Shown piece by piece: positions 40,201 to 50,943 of a stretch of 64,000 bases of DNA. Source of the stretch: Pseudomonadota bacterium (GTDB taxonomy: Bacteria; Pseudomonadota; Gammaproteobacteria; Magnimaribacterales; D2472). The notes beneath the pieces are model-generated. The model saw only the letters and a list, made by a program, of their open reading frames with translations. It was not told where the DNA came from and ran no database searches. The position numbers were made by a program, and so were the translations under genes. Numbering within the stretch: the stretch's first letter is position 1; each line of letters begins with the position of its first letter. Location: positions 2,454 to 66,453 of the forward strand of contig JAOOBR010000005.1 in the NCBI GenBank assembly GCA_028404565.1, in the 5' to 3' direction.

Positions 40201-41700
40201 TATTTGTCTATTTTGTCTACTTAGCACTGCAAGAGCTGTATCATCTCCCATGGAGCCCGTCCCCTCTTGTGCTGCAGCTCCAAGAACTTTAATGACGCTT
40301 GTTCTTTCTTCCAAGAATAAGGAAAAAATCTTTGTTGCAAGAATATATTTCTCAGGAGATATCTTTTTCAGTCCACTACCTTCGAATTGATCAAGTTTAG
40401 ATTCAACATAATTTGAATGTTCTTTTAACCAATCTCTGTATGGATATTTAGAAGCAAGTTCTTGGTCAATATCAGTTTCTGTTAAGATTTTTCCGGTCTC
40501 TTTATCAACTGCAAATATTCCGCCTGGAGATATTCTTCCTTTAGCTTCAATCTTTGATGCATTTACTGGATTTACCCCAGTTTCTGAGGCTACTGTTACT
40601 GTCCCATCTTTTTCAATCTGATATCTTGATGGACGCATGCCATTCCTATCGAGGAAGCTTACCGCATATCTTTTATTTGCAAGGGCAATGCCTGCCGGCC
40701 CATCCCATGCCTCCATATGCATAGAATTATATTCATGGAATGCTCTTATATCTGGGTCAAGTATTTGTATATTTTGCCAAGCGGGAGGTATTACAGCTCT
40801 AATAGCCCTAAATAAATCCATGCCTCCTTCAAGAAGGAGCTGAATCATATTATCAAGCGCTGAGGAATCTGATCCATCAGTATTTATAAGATTTTCATGC
40901 TTGTGCAAATCTGGTAGCAGCTTTGACTTAAATAAGGAGCTGCGTGCTTTTGCCCAATTTCTATTACCTCTTATAGCATTAATTTCTCCATTGTGAGCAA
41001 GCAGTCTAAAAGGTTGAGCTAAATGCCACTTTGGAGCTGTATTAGTGGAGAATCTTTGATGGAAGAGACAAGTTGAAGCCATAAAATTTTTATTTTTAAT
41101 ATCTAAATAAAAGCTTTTAAGGTCTTCTGGCATCATGAGTCCTTTATAAACAATGGTTTCATTTGAAAGACTGCATGCATAAAATTCTTCACAATTTAAA
41201 TATTTGTTCTCGATAGTCTTTAATGCCTGAAATAAGGATGATCGCAGAGATAAATCAGAACTATTATCTTTTTGTTCTAGAAATACCTGAAAAATATCTG
41301 GAAGAGTATCTTTAGCCTCTTCCCCAAGAACAGATACATCTATGGGAACATTTCTAAAACAAATTACTTTAAGATTTTCAGATCTAAAAATCTTTTTTAA
41401 GTCGCTCTGCAGTTTGTCTTTCAATTCTTTTTTAGAAAAAAAGCAGCCAATAGCAAATTCTTCTGGTAGTGCTATAGATAGCTCAGATTTTATTATCTTT
41501 TTATAAAAGTTCTTGTTTATATCAAATAGCAATCCTGAACCATCTCCAGTTTTCCCATCAAAACCAACGCCTCCTCTGTGGGCCATGCTTGATAGAGCAT
41601 CAATTGATTTTTCTACTACTTTTCTGGAGGGCTTCCCATTTCTATTGCAGATTAGACCGTATCCACAGTTGTCTTTCTCAAAATTTTTATCAAATAGCAT
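37276..41700 (-). CDS. gltB: Glutamate synthase (NADPH) large subunit
   Basis: 1474 aa. N-terminal MLFDKNFEKDNCGYGL (Ntn amidotransferase Cys), FMN/Fe-S domain and C-terminal GXGXG beta-helix. Confidence 0.98.
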   Translation of the reverse strand: MLFDKNFEKDNCGYGLICNRNGKPSRKVVEKSIDALSSMAHRGGVGFDGKTGDGSGLLFDINKNFYKKIIKSELSIALPEEFAIGCFFSKKELKDKLQSDLKKIFRSENLKVICFRNVPIDVSVLGEEAKDTLPDIFQVFLEQKDNSSDLSLRSSLFQALKTIENKYLNCEEFYACSLSNETIVYKGLMMPEDLKSFYLDIKNKNFMASTCLFHQRFSTNTAPKWHLAQPFRLLAHNGEINAIRGNRNWAKARSSLFKSKLLPDLHKHENLINTDGSDSSALDNMIQLLLEGGMDLFRAIRAVIPPAWQNIQILDPDIRAFHEYNSMHMEAWDGPAGIALANKRYAVSFLDRNGMRPSRYQIEKDGTVTVASETGVNPVNASKIEAKGRISPGGIFAVDKETGKILTETDIDQELASKYPYRDWLKEHSNYVESKLDQFEGSGLKKISPEKYILATKIFSLFLEERTSVIKVLGAAAQEGTGSMGDDTALAVLSRQNRQIYDYFRQQFSQVTNPPIDSLREQSVMSLETCYGPELNIFEPSSGHAKRLVTYSPILSYKKLDWILKNKIFKVKTFDLEYGESSSISDAIDKLILDVSSAIDKGATIIHLNEVLPSKNKLSLNALMATGALHQALIEQRKRTKVNIIVSTGSARDTHQIACLIAFGATSVYPWLAYQTILDLSHKNELKGDPFENCAKYRKGINKGLLKIISKLGISLISSYRGSQLFEIVGLSNEVVDKCFTNTDSRIGGKNFRNLENENRNISLYAKSNISDVSVGGLLKFIHGGEYHSYNPDVVKTLQEAVRSGDEDEYRKYSNLVNSRPASMLRDLLDFKSKKPKIKKSKVEPQKHILKRFDSAGMSLGSLSPKAHETLAEAMNSIGGRSNSGEGGEAKERYGTNKRSKIKQIASGRFGVTPEYLVSAEVLQIKIAQGAKPGEGGQLPGGKVNELIARLRYSTPGITLISPPPHHDIYSIEDLAQLIFDLKQVNPKALVSVKLVSEPGVGTIACGVAKAYADLITISGHDGGTGASPISSIRYAGSPWELGLSETHQALRESGLRGRVRVQVDGGLKTGLDVVKAAIMGAESFGFGTGPMIAMGCKYLKICHLNNCATGVATQRSDIIDRHFVGEKERVVNYFKFISNEVREILAELGEQKLENIIGKTELLDVIKVMPERYGDLDLSPILASNKKSLQPYFCNSNRNRPWDKGQLNKEILAKAKKSILSNKSKTLRFNITNSDRSVGASISGFIAENFGEDGLDNKISLNFTGSAGQSFGCWNIKGLNLKVEGDVNDYLGKGMNGGRIVVKPPKRLEKNLNNIVAGNTALYGATGGKLFVSGGVGERFAVRNSGATAVIEGAGDHCCEYMTGGQVVILGEVGANFGAGMTGGFSYVLDERRSFFDKCNRELINLDRVLSETMDPHRQNLKLLIEEHFKNTKSMKAKEILEDFERYLPNFWLVSPVALSVNDLLKATTASAA

Positions 41701-41727
41701 AATGGAAGGGAATAGATTTTATCATAA

Positions 41728-44442
<2,715 letters not shown>

Positions 44443-44446
<4 letters not shown>

Positions 44447-45330
44447 TCTTTAGGCTTGTCCCACATCCTCATTAAGCCTTCCTGAACGCAACTTGCAACT
44501 AGTTTGCCTTGAGAATCAAAAATAGAGCCTCTTGAAAATCCCCTTGCATTTCTGGCAATGGGGCTATCAATTCGATAAAGCATCCAGTCTGAAAAATCTA
44601 CCTTTGAGTGAAACCACATTGCATGATCTAAGCTAGCGCTTTGAAAATATTTAGACATAAAATTAATTCCATGTGGCAGTTGGGCAGTTCCAAGCAAACC
44701 GCGGTCTGATGCATACAATAATAGGGCTTGATTGATCACTAAGTCATTAGGTATTTCACCATTTGGCCTCATCCAAATATCTCTCAATGGCTCACTCTTT
44801 TTTGGTTGAACATAATCATTGTTTTGAGTAGCTCGCATTTCAATCTCTTGCTCTCTTAAAAAGAATTTATCCTTTTTTTTCCCATGAAGTTGTTCAAAAG
44901 CTTTATTTCTTAGCTCCCAGTCACTTGGAAGATCTTCAGGTTTTGGAATTTCGTTAAGGTCTATATCAATTTGATGCTCAAATCCTTTTTCTTCTTTTTG
45001 GAAAGAAATTGAGCATGCAAAAATTGCCTCACCATTTTGTATAGCTCTAACTCTTCTCGTCGTAAAACTTTTTCCATTCCTGATTCTATCAACATCAAAT
45101 AATATTGATTCCTCCATTATTCCTGGTCTTAAAAAATAAGAATGGAAGGAATGAGCTTGATGAGGGGCTTCTACAGTATGATAGGCGGCAATAAGGCATT
45201 GCGCCATGACTTGGCCACCGTAAATTCTTTGCCAGCCAAAGTTTTGACCTTTCCATTGGAAAACATCTCTGTCAATTCTATCCAAATTAAATAGCTCTAA
45301 AGTACTTTTTATAGCCTTCTTATTGGGCAC
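44443..45330 (-). CDS. tesB: Acyl-CoA thioesterase II
   Basis: 295 aa, double hot-dog fold. HSFHSYFLRPG and NGKSFTTRRVRAIQNG match TesB closely. Confidence 0.9.
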
Positions 45331-46075
45331 TTAAACCTCCATCTATAACAAGTTCAGTTCCTGTTATCATTGAAGATTCATCTGATGCTAAAAATAATGC
45401 TGCATAAGCAATATCGATAGGCTCACCCAATCTCCTAATTGGAATCTGTTTTATAAGCTTTCCTTCTATGTCAGCATCTGGATTCATATCAAAAAGACCT
45501 TTTAGGATTTCTGTTCTTGTAAAAACAGGATGAATAGAATTACATCTTACAAGGTCAGTAGTTCTTGCGCAGTGAAGAGCAACTGACTTCGATAAATGCC
45601 TTACTCCAGCTTTTGCTGAGTTATAAGCTGAAAAGTTATGTCCTGCAACAATCCCAGAAATTGAAGATATATTTATAATAGAGCCATTCCCTGATTTCCT
45701 CATCAATGGAAGAGAAAACTTACACCCATAAAATACTGAGTCTAAATCAACTTTATGAACCTGATCCCATGTTTCTAGATCACAAGATTCGACATCTCCC
45801 CCACCGCCTATGCCAGCATTGTTTATTAAAATATTGAGTTGAGAGAACTCAGTTTCAATACTGCCTAAAACACTCTGCCAATCCCCTGGCTTAGTAACAT
45901 CTAAGACATAGTAAGGAGCATTAAGCTCTTCTGCGCTCTTCTTCAAAAGCTCTTCATTTATATCAGTCATTACTATTTGGGCGCCTTCCTCAATTAATAA
46001 TCTAGCCATTTCTTTACCCAAACCTTGAGCGGCACCAGTTATTAAACCAACTTTATTTTTTACTCTATTACTCAT
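45320..46075 (-). CDS. SDR-family oxidoreductase
   Basis: 251 aa with TGAAQGLG cofactor motif, NNAG and YNSAKAG catalytic motif. Confidence 0.88.
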   Translation of the reverse strand: MSNRVKNKVGLITGAAQGLGKEMARLLIEEGAQIVMTDINEELLKKSAEELNAPYYVLDVTKPGDWQSVLGSIETEFSQLNILINNAGIGGGGDVESCDLETWDQVHKVDLDSVFYGCKFSLPLMRKSGNGSIINISSISGIVAGHNFSAYNSAKAGVRHLSKSVALHCARTTDLVRCNSIHPVFTRTEILKGLFDMNPDADIEGKLIKQIPIRRLGEPIDIAYAALFLASDESSMITGTELVIDGGLSAQ

Positions 46076-46159
46076 CTTATAAACTCAAAAAAATTTTATA
46101 ATTAGTGGAAGTTTAACTTCTCAGGATGTAGTATACAGGACTCAAAAATTGCTTATAAG

Positions 46160-47134
46160 ATGAATACTGAAGAAAAAATTAATCTCCCAAAAAAGCCAGA
46201 TCAAAAGATTGATGTAAGATCTACTTTTAAAATAAATTCTGATTTGACTGTCAAAGGTTTTAGTGAAAAAACTGAATGGGTTCCGGAAATAGATAACTCT
46301 TATATATTTGATGAAAAAACTACCCTATCAATATTAGCTGGATTTGAGCATGACAGAAGAGTAATTATCCAAGGCTATCACGGTACTGGTAAATCAACAC
46401 ACATAGAACAAGTTGCGGCAAGATTGAACTGGCCATGCATCCGAATTAATCTTGATAGTCATGTTAGTAGGTTAGATTTACTCGGTAAAGATGCTATTAA
46501 GCTTGAGGATGGAAAACAAATTACCAAATTTGTAGAAGGTATTCTTCCATGGTCAATTCAAAATCCTGTTGCTCTTGTTTTCGATGAGTATGATGCTGGA
46601 AGACCGGATGTTATGTTTGTCATCCAAAGGATTTTGGAAGTTGAAGGGAAACTTACTTTGTTGGATCAGAATAGAGTTTTAAGACCACACTCAAACTTTA
46701 GGCTTTTTGCAACTACAAATACAATTGGAATGGGCGATTCAACAGGCCTCTATCATGGAACACAACAAATAAATCAAGGCCAAATGGATAGATGGCATAT
46801 TTTATCCACTCTAAATTATTTAACTCCTGAACACGAATCTAAGTTAGTTCTTGGAAAACTCAAAGGCTTTAATTCTGCTAAAAGGAAATTAATACTTTCT
46901 AATATGATTAAACTTTGTAACTTAACAAGACAGGGTTTTATAAATGGTGATATATCGAACCTTATGTCTCCAAGGACACTCCTTACTTGGGCAGAAAACT
47001 TCATTATCTTTAAAGACATTCACGAGTCGTTCAAGCTTTCTTTTCTTAATAAGTGTGATGATCTTGAAAAACCTATAGTTGCCGAATATTTCCAGAGATG
47101 TTTTGCTGAAGAGCTGGAAGTAGAAAATAGTTAA
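46160..47134 (+). CDS. cobS: CobS-type AAA+ (MoxR-class) ATPase
   Basis: 324 aa with near-canonical CobS sequence (QGYHGTGKSTHIEQVAARLNWPCIRINLDSH, VFDEYDAGRPDVMFVIQRILE, GTQQINQGQMDRW). Confidence 0.9.
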   Translation: MNTEEKINLPKKPDQKIDVRSTFKINSDLTVKGFSEKTEWVPEIDNSYIFDEKTTLSILAGFEHDRRVIIQGYHGTGKSTHIEQVAARLNWPCIRINLDSHVSRLDLLGKDAIKLEDGKQITKFVEGILPWSIQNPVALVFDEYDAGRPDVMFVIQRILEVEGKLTLLDQNRVLRPHSNFRLFATTNTIGMGDSTGLYHGTQQINQGQMDRWHILSTLNYLTPEHESKLVLGKLKGFNSAKRKLILSNMIKLCNLTRQGFINGDISNLMSPRTLLTWAENFIIFKDIHESFKLSFLNKCDDLEKPIVAEYFQRCFAEELEVENS

Positions 47135-48876
47135 TGGCTATTAATAGCGATGAACAACAAAATGCAGCTTTATCTTGGACTAAGGCAGTAACTAAAAATA
47201 AAGAGATTGTCGCAGAGAATTCTAATAGGCTGATTCCAAAAGGCTCTAAATTAAATCTAAAAAATCCACCAAGAATTAAAAGAAAGTTGTCTGCATGGAA
47301 AGGCAGAACAGATAGGCAGGCATTTTGGTTACAACACAATCTAATTAAAAAAACATTACCTGGCGAAGCTGGACAAATCTTTGATGAACTCAAAATGGCC
47401 AGAGCAGAAATCTTAGGCTCTAAAGAATATGATGGAGCTAAATTAAATATTCAAAATTTTTCAATTGATTTGACTAAAAACCTAGCTGAAGATGAGATTC
47501 AACTATCCACATTAATTAATCTTTGGTTTAAAAATCTAAATGGGTTTAAATTAGATAAAGACCAAAAAAGATTAATTGATCAAATCCCAAATATAAATTC
47601 AAGAAATTCCCAAAAAATATCTGAAGATATGATTTCTTCAATTGAAGATGAAGAATCTTTTCTTAAAAGCTCATTGTCTTTACTAAATGCTCTTAAATTA
47701 CTTGAGCAAGAAAAGTCAGAGGAGAATGAAGAAAACGAAAAATTTGATGAGCAAAGTGATGAGAATGAAGAGAGCTTATCTGATGATTTGAATGAAATTG
47801 AAAGTGATGAGGAGCCTAGTAATAAAATAGATCTCATGCAATCACTTGTTGATGAAATGCCAGATGAGCAAGAGATATTGCAAGAGGCTGAGATATCTAT
47901 AGATGAAGAGTTGGAAGCAAATGTTGATTTTGATGATAATCAAATAGGAAAAGAAAACTCTGATTACTCTGTTTTTACTACTCAGTATGATGAGATTATT
48001 TCTGCAGCAGAACTTTCAAATCTCAAAGAAATCAATCGACTAAGAATACAGTTAGATAAACTCATTCAACCTCATTTGCAAACAATTGGAAAATTGGCGA
48101 ATAGGCTTCAGCGTTTATTGCTGGCAAAGCAGAATAGATCTTGGAAGTTTGATCTAGATGAGGGAGTTTTAGATACATCAAAGCTTACAAGGATAATTAC
48201 TGATGTAAACAAACCGTTAAGCTTCAAAGAAGAGAAGCAAAGTGATTTTAAAGACACGGTTATCTCCATATTGATTGACTGCTCAGGATCAATGAGGGGA
48301 AGATCAATAAATCTTGCAGCTGTTTGTGCTGAAATAATAGGAACAACTCTTGAGAGATGTTCTGTGAAAACAGAAGTTCTTGGTTATACAACAAAACATT
48401 GGAAAGGTGGAGATTCAAGAAAGAGCTGGTTGCAAAGAGGTGGTTTTTCACATCCAGGAAGATTAAATGACTTAAGACATATCGTTTTTAAATCAGCAGA
48501 GGATAGTTGGAGGAAATCACGTAAATCGCTTGGCGTCATCTTAAAAGATGGTTTATTAAAAGAGAACATAGATGGCGAAGCATTGCAGTGGGCAAATAAA
48601 AGATTACAAAAAAGATTTGAAGACAGAAAAATTATGATAGTAATATCTGATGGTGCTCCCGTTGATGATAGTTCTCTATCTGCAAATAACCCTCATTATC
48701 TCGATAATCATCTTAGAGAAGTTATTGCGGATATTTATGAAAAAGATCAAATAGAGTTATTAGCAATAGGTATCGGACATGATGTTACTAAATACTATAG
48801 TCACGCTATCACAATAAGTAATGCAGACAGTCTAGGTGAAACGTTGTTAGATGAATTGACTGGTCTTTTTGAATAA
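47134..48876 (+). CDS. cobT: CobT-type protein (N-terminal CobT region, acidic linker, C-terminal vWA domain)
   Basis: 580 aa. vWA MIDAS-type ILIDCSGSM. Start overlaps the cobS stop by 1 nt. Confidence 0.85.
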   Translation: MAINSDEQQNAALSWTKAVTKNKEIVAENSNRLIPKGSKLNLKNPPRIKRKLSAWKGRTDRQAFWLQHNLIKKTLPGEAGQIFDELKMARAEILGSKEYDGAKLNIQNFSIDLTKNLAEDEIQLSTLINLWFKNLNGFKLDKDQKRLIDQIPNINSRNSQKISEDMISSIEDEESFLKSSLSLLNALKLLEQEKSEENEENEKFDEQSDENEESLSDDLNEIESDEEPSNKIDLMQSLVDEMPDEQEILQEAEISIDEELEANVDFDDNQIGKENSDYSVFTTQYDEIISAAELSNLKEINRLRIQLDKLIQPHLQTIGKLANRLQRLLLAKQNRSWKFDLDEGVLDTSKLTRIITDVNKPLSFKEEKQSDFKDTVISILIDCSGSMRGRSINLAAVCAEIIGTTLERCSVKTEVLGYTTKHWKGGDSRKSWLQRGGFSHPGRLNDLRHIVFKSAEDSWRKSRKSLGVILKDGLLKENIDGEALQWANKRLQKRFEDRKIMIVISDGAPVDDSSLSANNPHYLDNHLREVIADIYEKDQIELLAIGIGHDVTKYYSHAITISNADSLGETLLDELTGLFE

Positions 48877-48891
48877 CTTTATAATTGATTT

Positions 48892-49992
48892 ATGAAAATA
48901 AAAAAACAAAGCGGGCCACCTGAAGATCTAATATATTTTGATGATGATCTTCCTCTTTCACAATCACAAGTTGAGGATGTTGTCGAAATCTTTAAAACTC
49001 CATTAACTGGTTCATATAACTGGGACTACACAGTTGCAGATAACAGAATAAAAAAACTTTATGAACTTGGTAAAGAATTAAACTGGAATGGATCAATTGA
49101 TCTGAATTGGGATTATACACATCCTGCAGATGAACGAATTCTTGAGACGGATGATGAGCTGCCTCATGAAACACTAGAAGCTTATGAAAATCTTTCAGAT
49201 GAAGAAAAAATCCTTTTCGATAGGCATGATGTCGCTGAATTAATGAGTCAATTCTTGCATGGAGAGCAAGGTGCTCTCCTCGTTGCTTCTCAATTAGCTA
49301 GTTGTGCGCCTACCTACAATGCTAAGCTCTATGCAGCTTCTCAAACATTTGATGAAGCAAGACATGTTGAAGTTTTTAATAGATATCTTCAAGAAAAGAT
49401 AGGTATTCACTACCCTATAAATCCTGCACTAAAGTCACTGCTTGATAAGATCCTTACTGATGAAAGATGGGACCTCAAATTTATAGGGATGCAAATTATT
49501 ATTGAAGGTCTTGCTCTTGCAGCTTTCTCTATGTTGAAATCTACATCAAAAGATCCTCTATTAAAGCAGCTACTTCATTATGTTATTAGAGATGAGGCTA
49601 GGCATGTAACCTTTGGTATTAATTACTTAGAAGATTTTATCAAAACCTTAAGTCCAGAAGAAATTAATGAGAGAGCTGAGTTTGCATATGAAGCTTGCGT
49701 GATTTCAAGAGAAAGACTTATTAATACAAAATCTCAGCAGCGGTTCTTAGGAATGTCAGAGGAGGAAGCTAGAGAGTTTCAATTAAATACTGGAAGTTTT
49801 GAAATGTTCAGGAACTTCCTTTTCTCGAGAGTGATACCGAATCTATCAAGGATTGGTCTACTCACTGATGAAGTTAGGCCTAAATTTGAAGCTCTTGGTC
49901 TTTTAGAGTATGAAAATGCTCCTGATGACTTCGAGTGTGATTGGGCAGAGATGAGAAAGCCACTTGAAGCATTTGAAAAAATTCCTGTTTGA
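48892..49992 (+). CDS. Ferritin-like di-iron carboxylate protein (AurF / N-oxygenase-like)
   Basis: 366 aa with two DEARH (ExxH) motifs plus upstream Glu motifs (HGEQGA, IIEGLALAA). 15 bp after cobT. Confidence 0.6.
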   Translation: MKIKKQSGPPEDLIYFDDDLPLSQSQVEDVVEIFKTPLTGSYNWDYTVADNRIKKLYELGKELNWNGSIDLNWDYTHPADERILETDDELPHETLEAYENLSDEEKILFDRHDVAELMSQFLHGEQGALLVASQLASCAPTYNAKLYAASQTFDEARHVEVFNRYLQEKIGIHYPINPALKSLLDKILTDERWDLKFIGMQIIIEGLALAAFSMLKSTSKDPLLKQLLHYVIRDEARHVTFGINYLEDFIKTLSPEEINERAEFAYEACVISRERLINTKSQQRFLGMSEEEAREFQLNTGSFEMFRNFLFSRVIPNLSRIGLLTDEVRPKFEALGLLEYENAPDDFECDWAEMRKPLEAFEKIPV

Positions 49993-50008
49993 TCCTATAT
50001 AGAGAAAT

Positions 50009-50803
50009 ATGTCTAAACATTCAGCTTTAAATAACTTTGGCAGGTCTGGGAATCCGGCCTTTCGAAATCACTTTGATAATAGTCAAACTGCTTCTAATAC
50101 CTCAGTTAGAAATCCTTCTTATCAAAATCATTTTGAAGGAAATCAAGGTATTTCAGAAGGGACAATGTCTCTTGATGGGACCGTAAATAAAACAGGAATT
50201 CTGTTGGCTTTATGCGTAGGTGGTGCATTTTTTGGTTGGAATGCTCCAGGATTGGCTCTTCCTGCAGTGATTATTGGTTTTGTAATAGCTTTATTTACAA
50301 TCTTCAGGCCTAAAAACTCACCATATACTGCCCCAGCTTATGCTGCAATTGAGGGTGTTGCTTTAGGAGCAATTACAATGGTTTTTGAAGCACAATATCC
50401 TGGTATTGGTATCCAGGCAATTGGTCTGACTTTTGGTATCTTAGCTTCGCTTCTATTTTGCTATAAGAGTGGGATTATAAAACCAACTGAAAACTTTCGT
50501 CTTATGATTTTCTCAGCGACTATGGGTATAGCTTTACTATATCTAATAAGTATTATTATGTCGTTTTTTGGAAATAGTATTGGGTTTATTCATTCAAATG
50601 GATTGATGGGTATCGGTTTTTCTCTTTTTGTTGTTGGTATTGCTTCACTTAATCTAGTTTTAGATTTCGATTTTATTGAAGAAGGTTCTGAAGTCGGCCT
50701 TCCAAAATATATGGAATGGTATGGAGCATTCTCATTAATGGTAACTTTAGTCTGGCTTTATCTAGAAATCCTAAGACTTTTGGCGAAGATTAGATCGAGA
50801 TAG
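50009..50803 (+). CDS. Bax-inhibitor-1-like (BaxI_1 / YccA-type) multi-pass membrane protein
   Basis: 264 aa. RSGNPAFRN N-terminus typical of the family, followed by about 7 hydrophobic helices. Confidence 0.7.
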   Translation: MSKHSALNNFGRSGNPAFRNHFDNSQTASNTSVRNPSYQNHFEGNQGISEGTMSLDGTVNKTGILLALCVGGAFFGWNAPGLALPAVIIGFVIALFTIFRPKNSPYTAPAYAAIEGVALGAITMVFEAQYPGIGIQAIGLTFGILASLLFCYKSGIIKPTENFRLMIFSATMGIALLYLISIIMSFFGNSIGFIHSNGLMGIGFSLFVVGIASLNLVLDFDFIEEGSEVGLPKYMEWYGAFSLMVTLVWLYLEILRLLAKIRSR

Positions 50804-50943
50804 ATCTTGGAAAACTTATTTTTTATAATTCTTGCTGCTTTGTCTCTCTTCGTTTTTTTTAAACTTGGAAAAGTAAAAGCATCAAAGAAACAAACTGACA
50901 GGGAAGATCGTATAAACAGGTTTAAATAACCTAGGAATTAATT

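Noticed and set aside
47644-47940. Glu/Asp-rich low-complexity stretch in CobT as a possible repeat or insertion
   Set aside because: An acidic linker between the N-terminal and vWA domains is a normal feature of CobT proteins. There is no nucleotide-level periodic repeat.
50009-50170. Short internal repeat in the BI-1-like N-terminus (NPAFRNHFDNSQ / NPSYQNHFEGNQ)
   Set aside because: The repeat is real but only about 12 residues long, in a probably disordered cytoplasmic tail. It shows no evidence of independent function.
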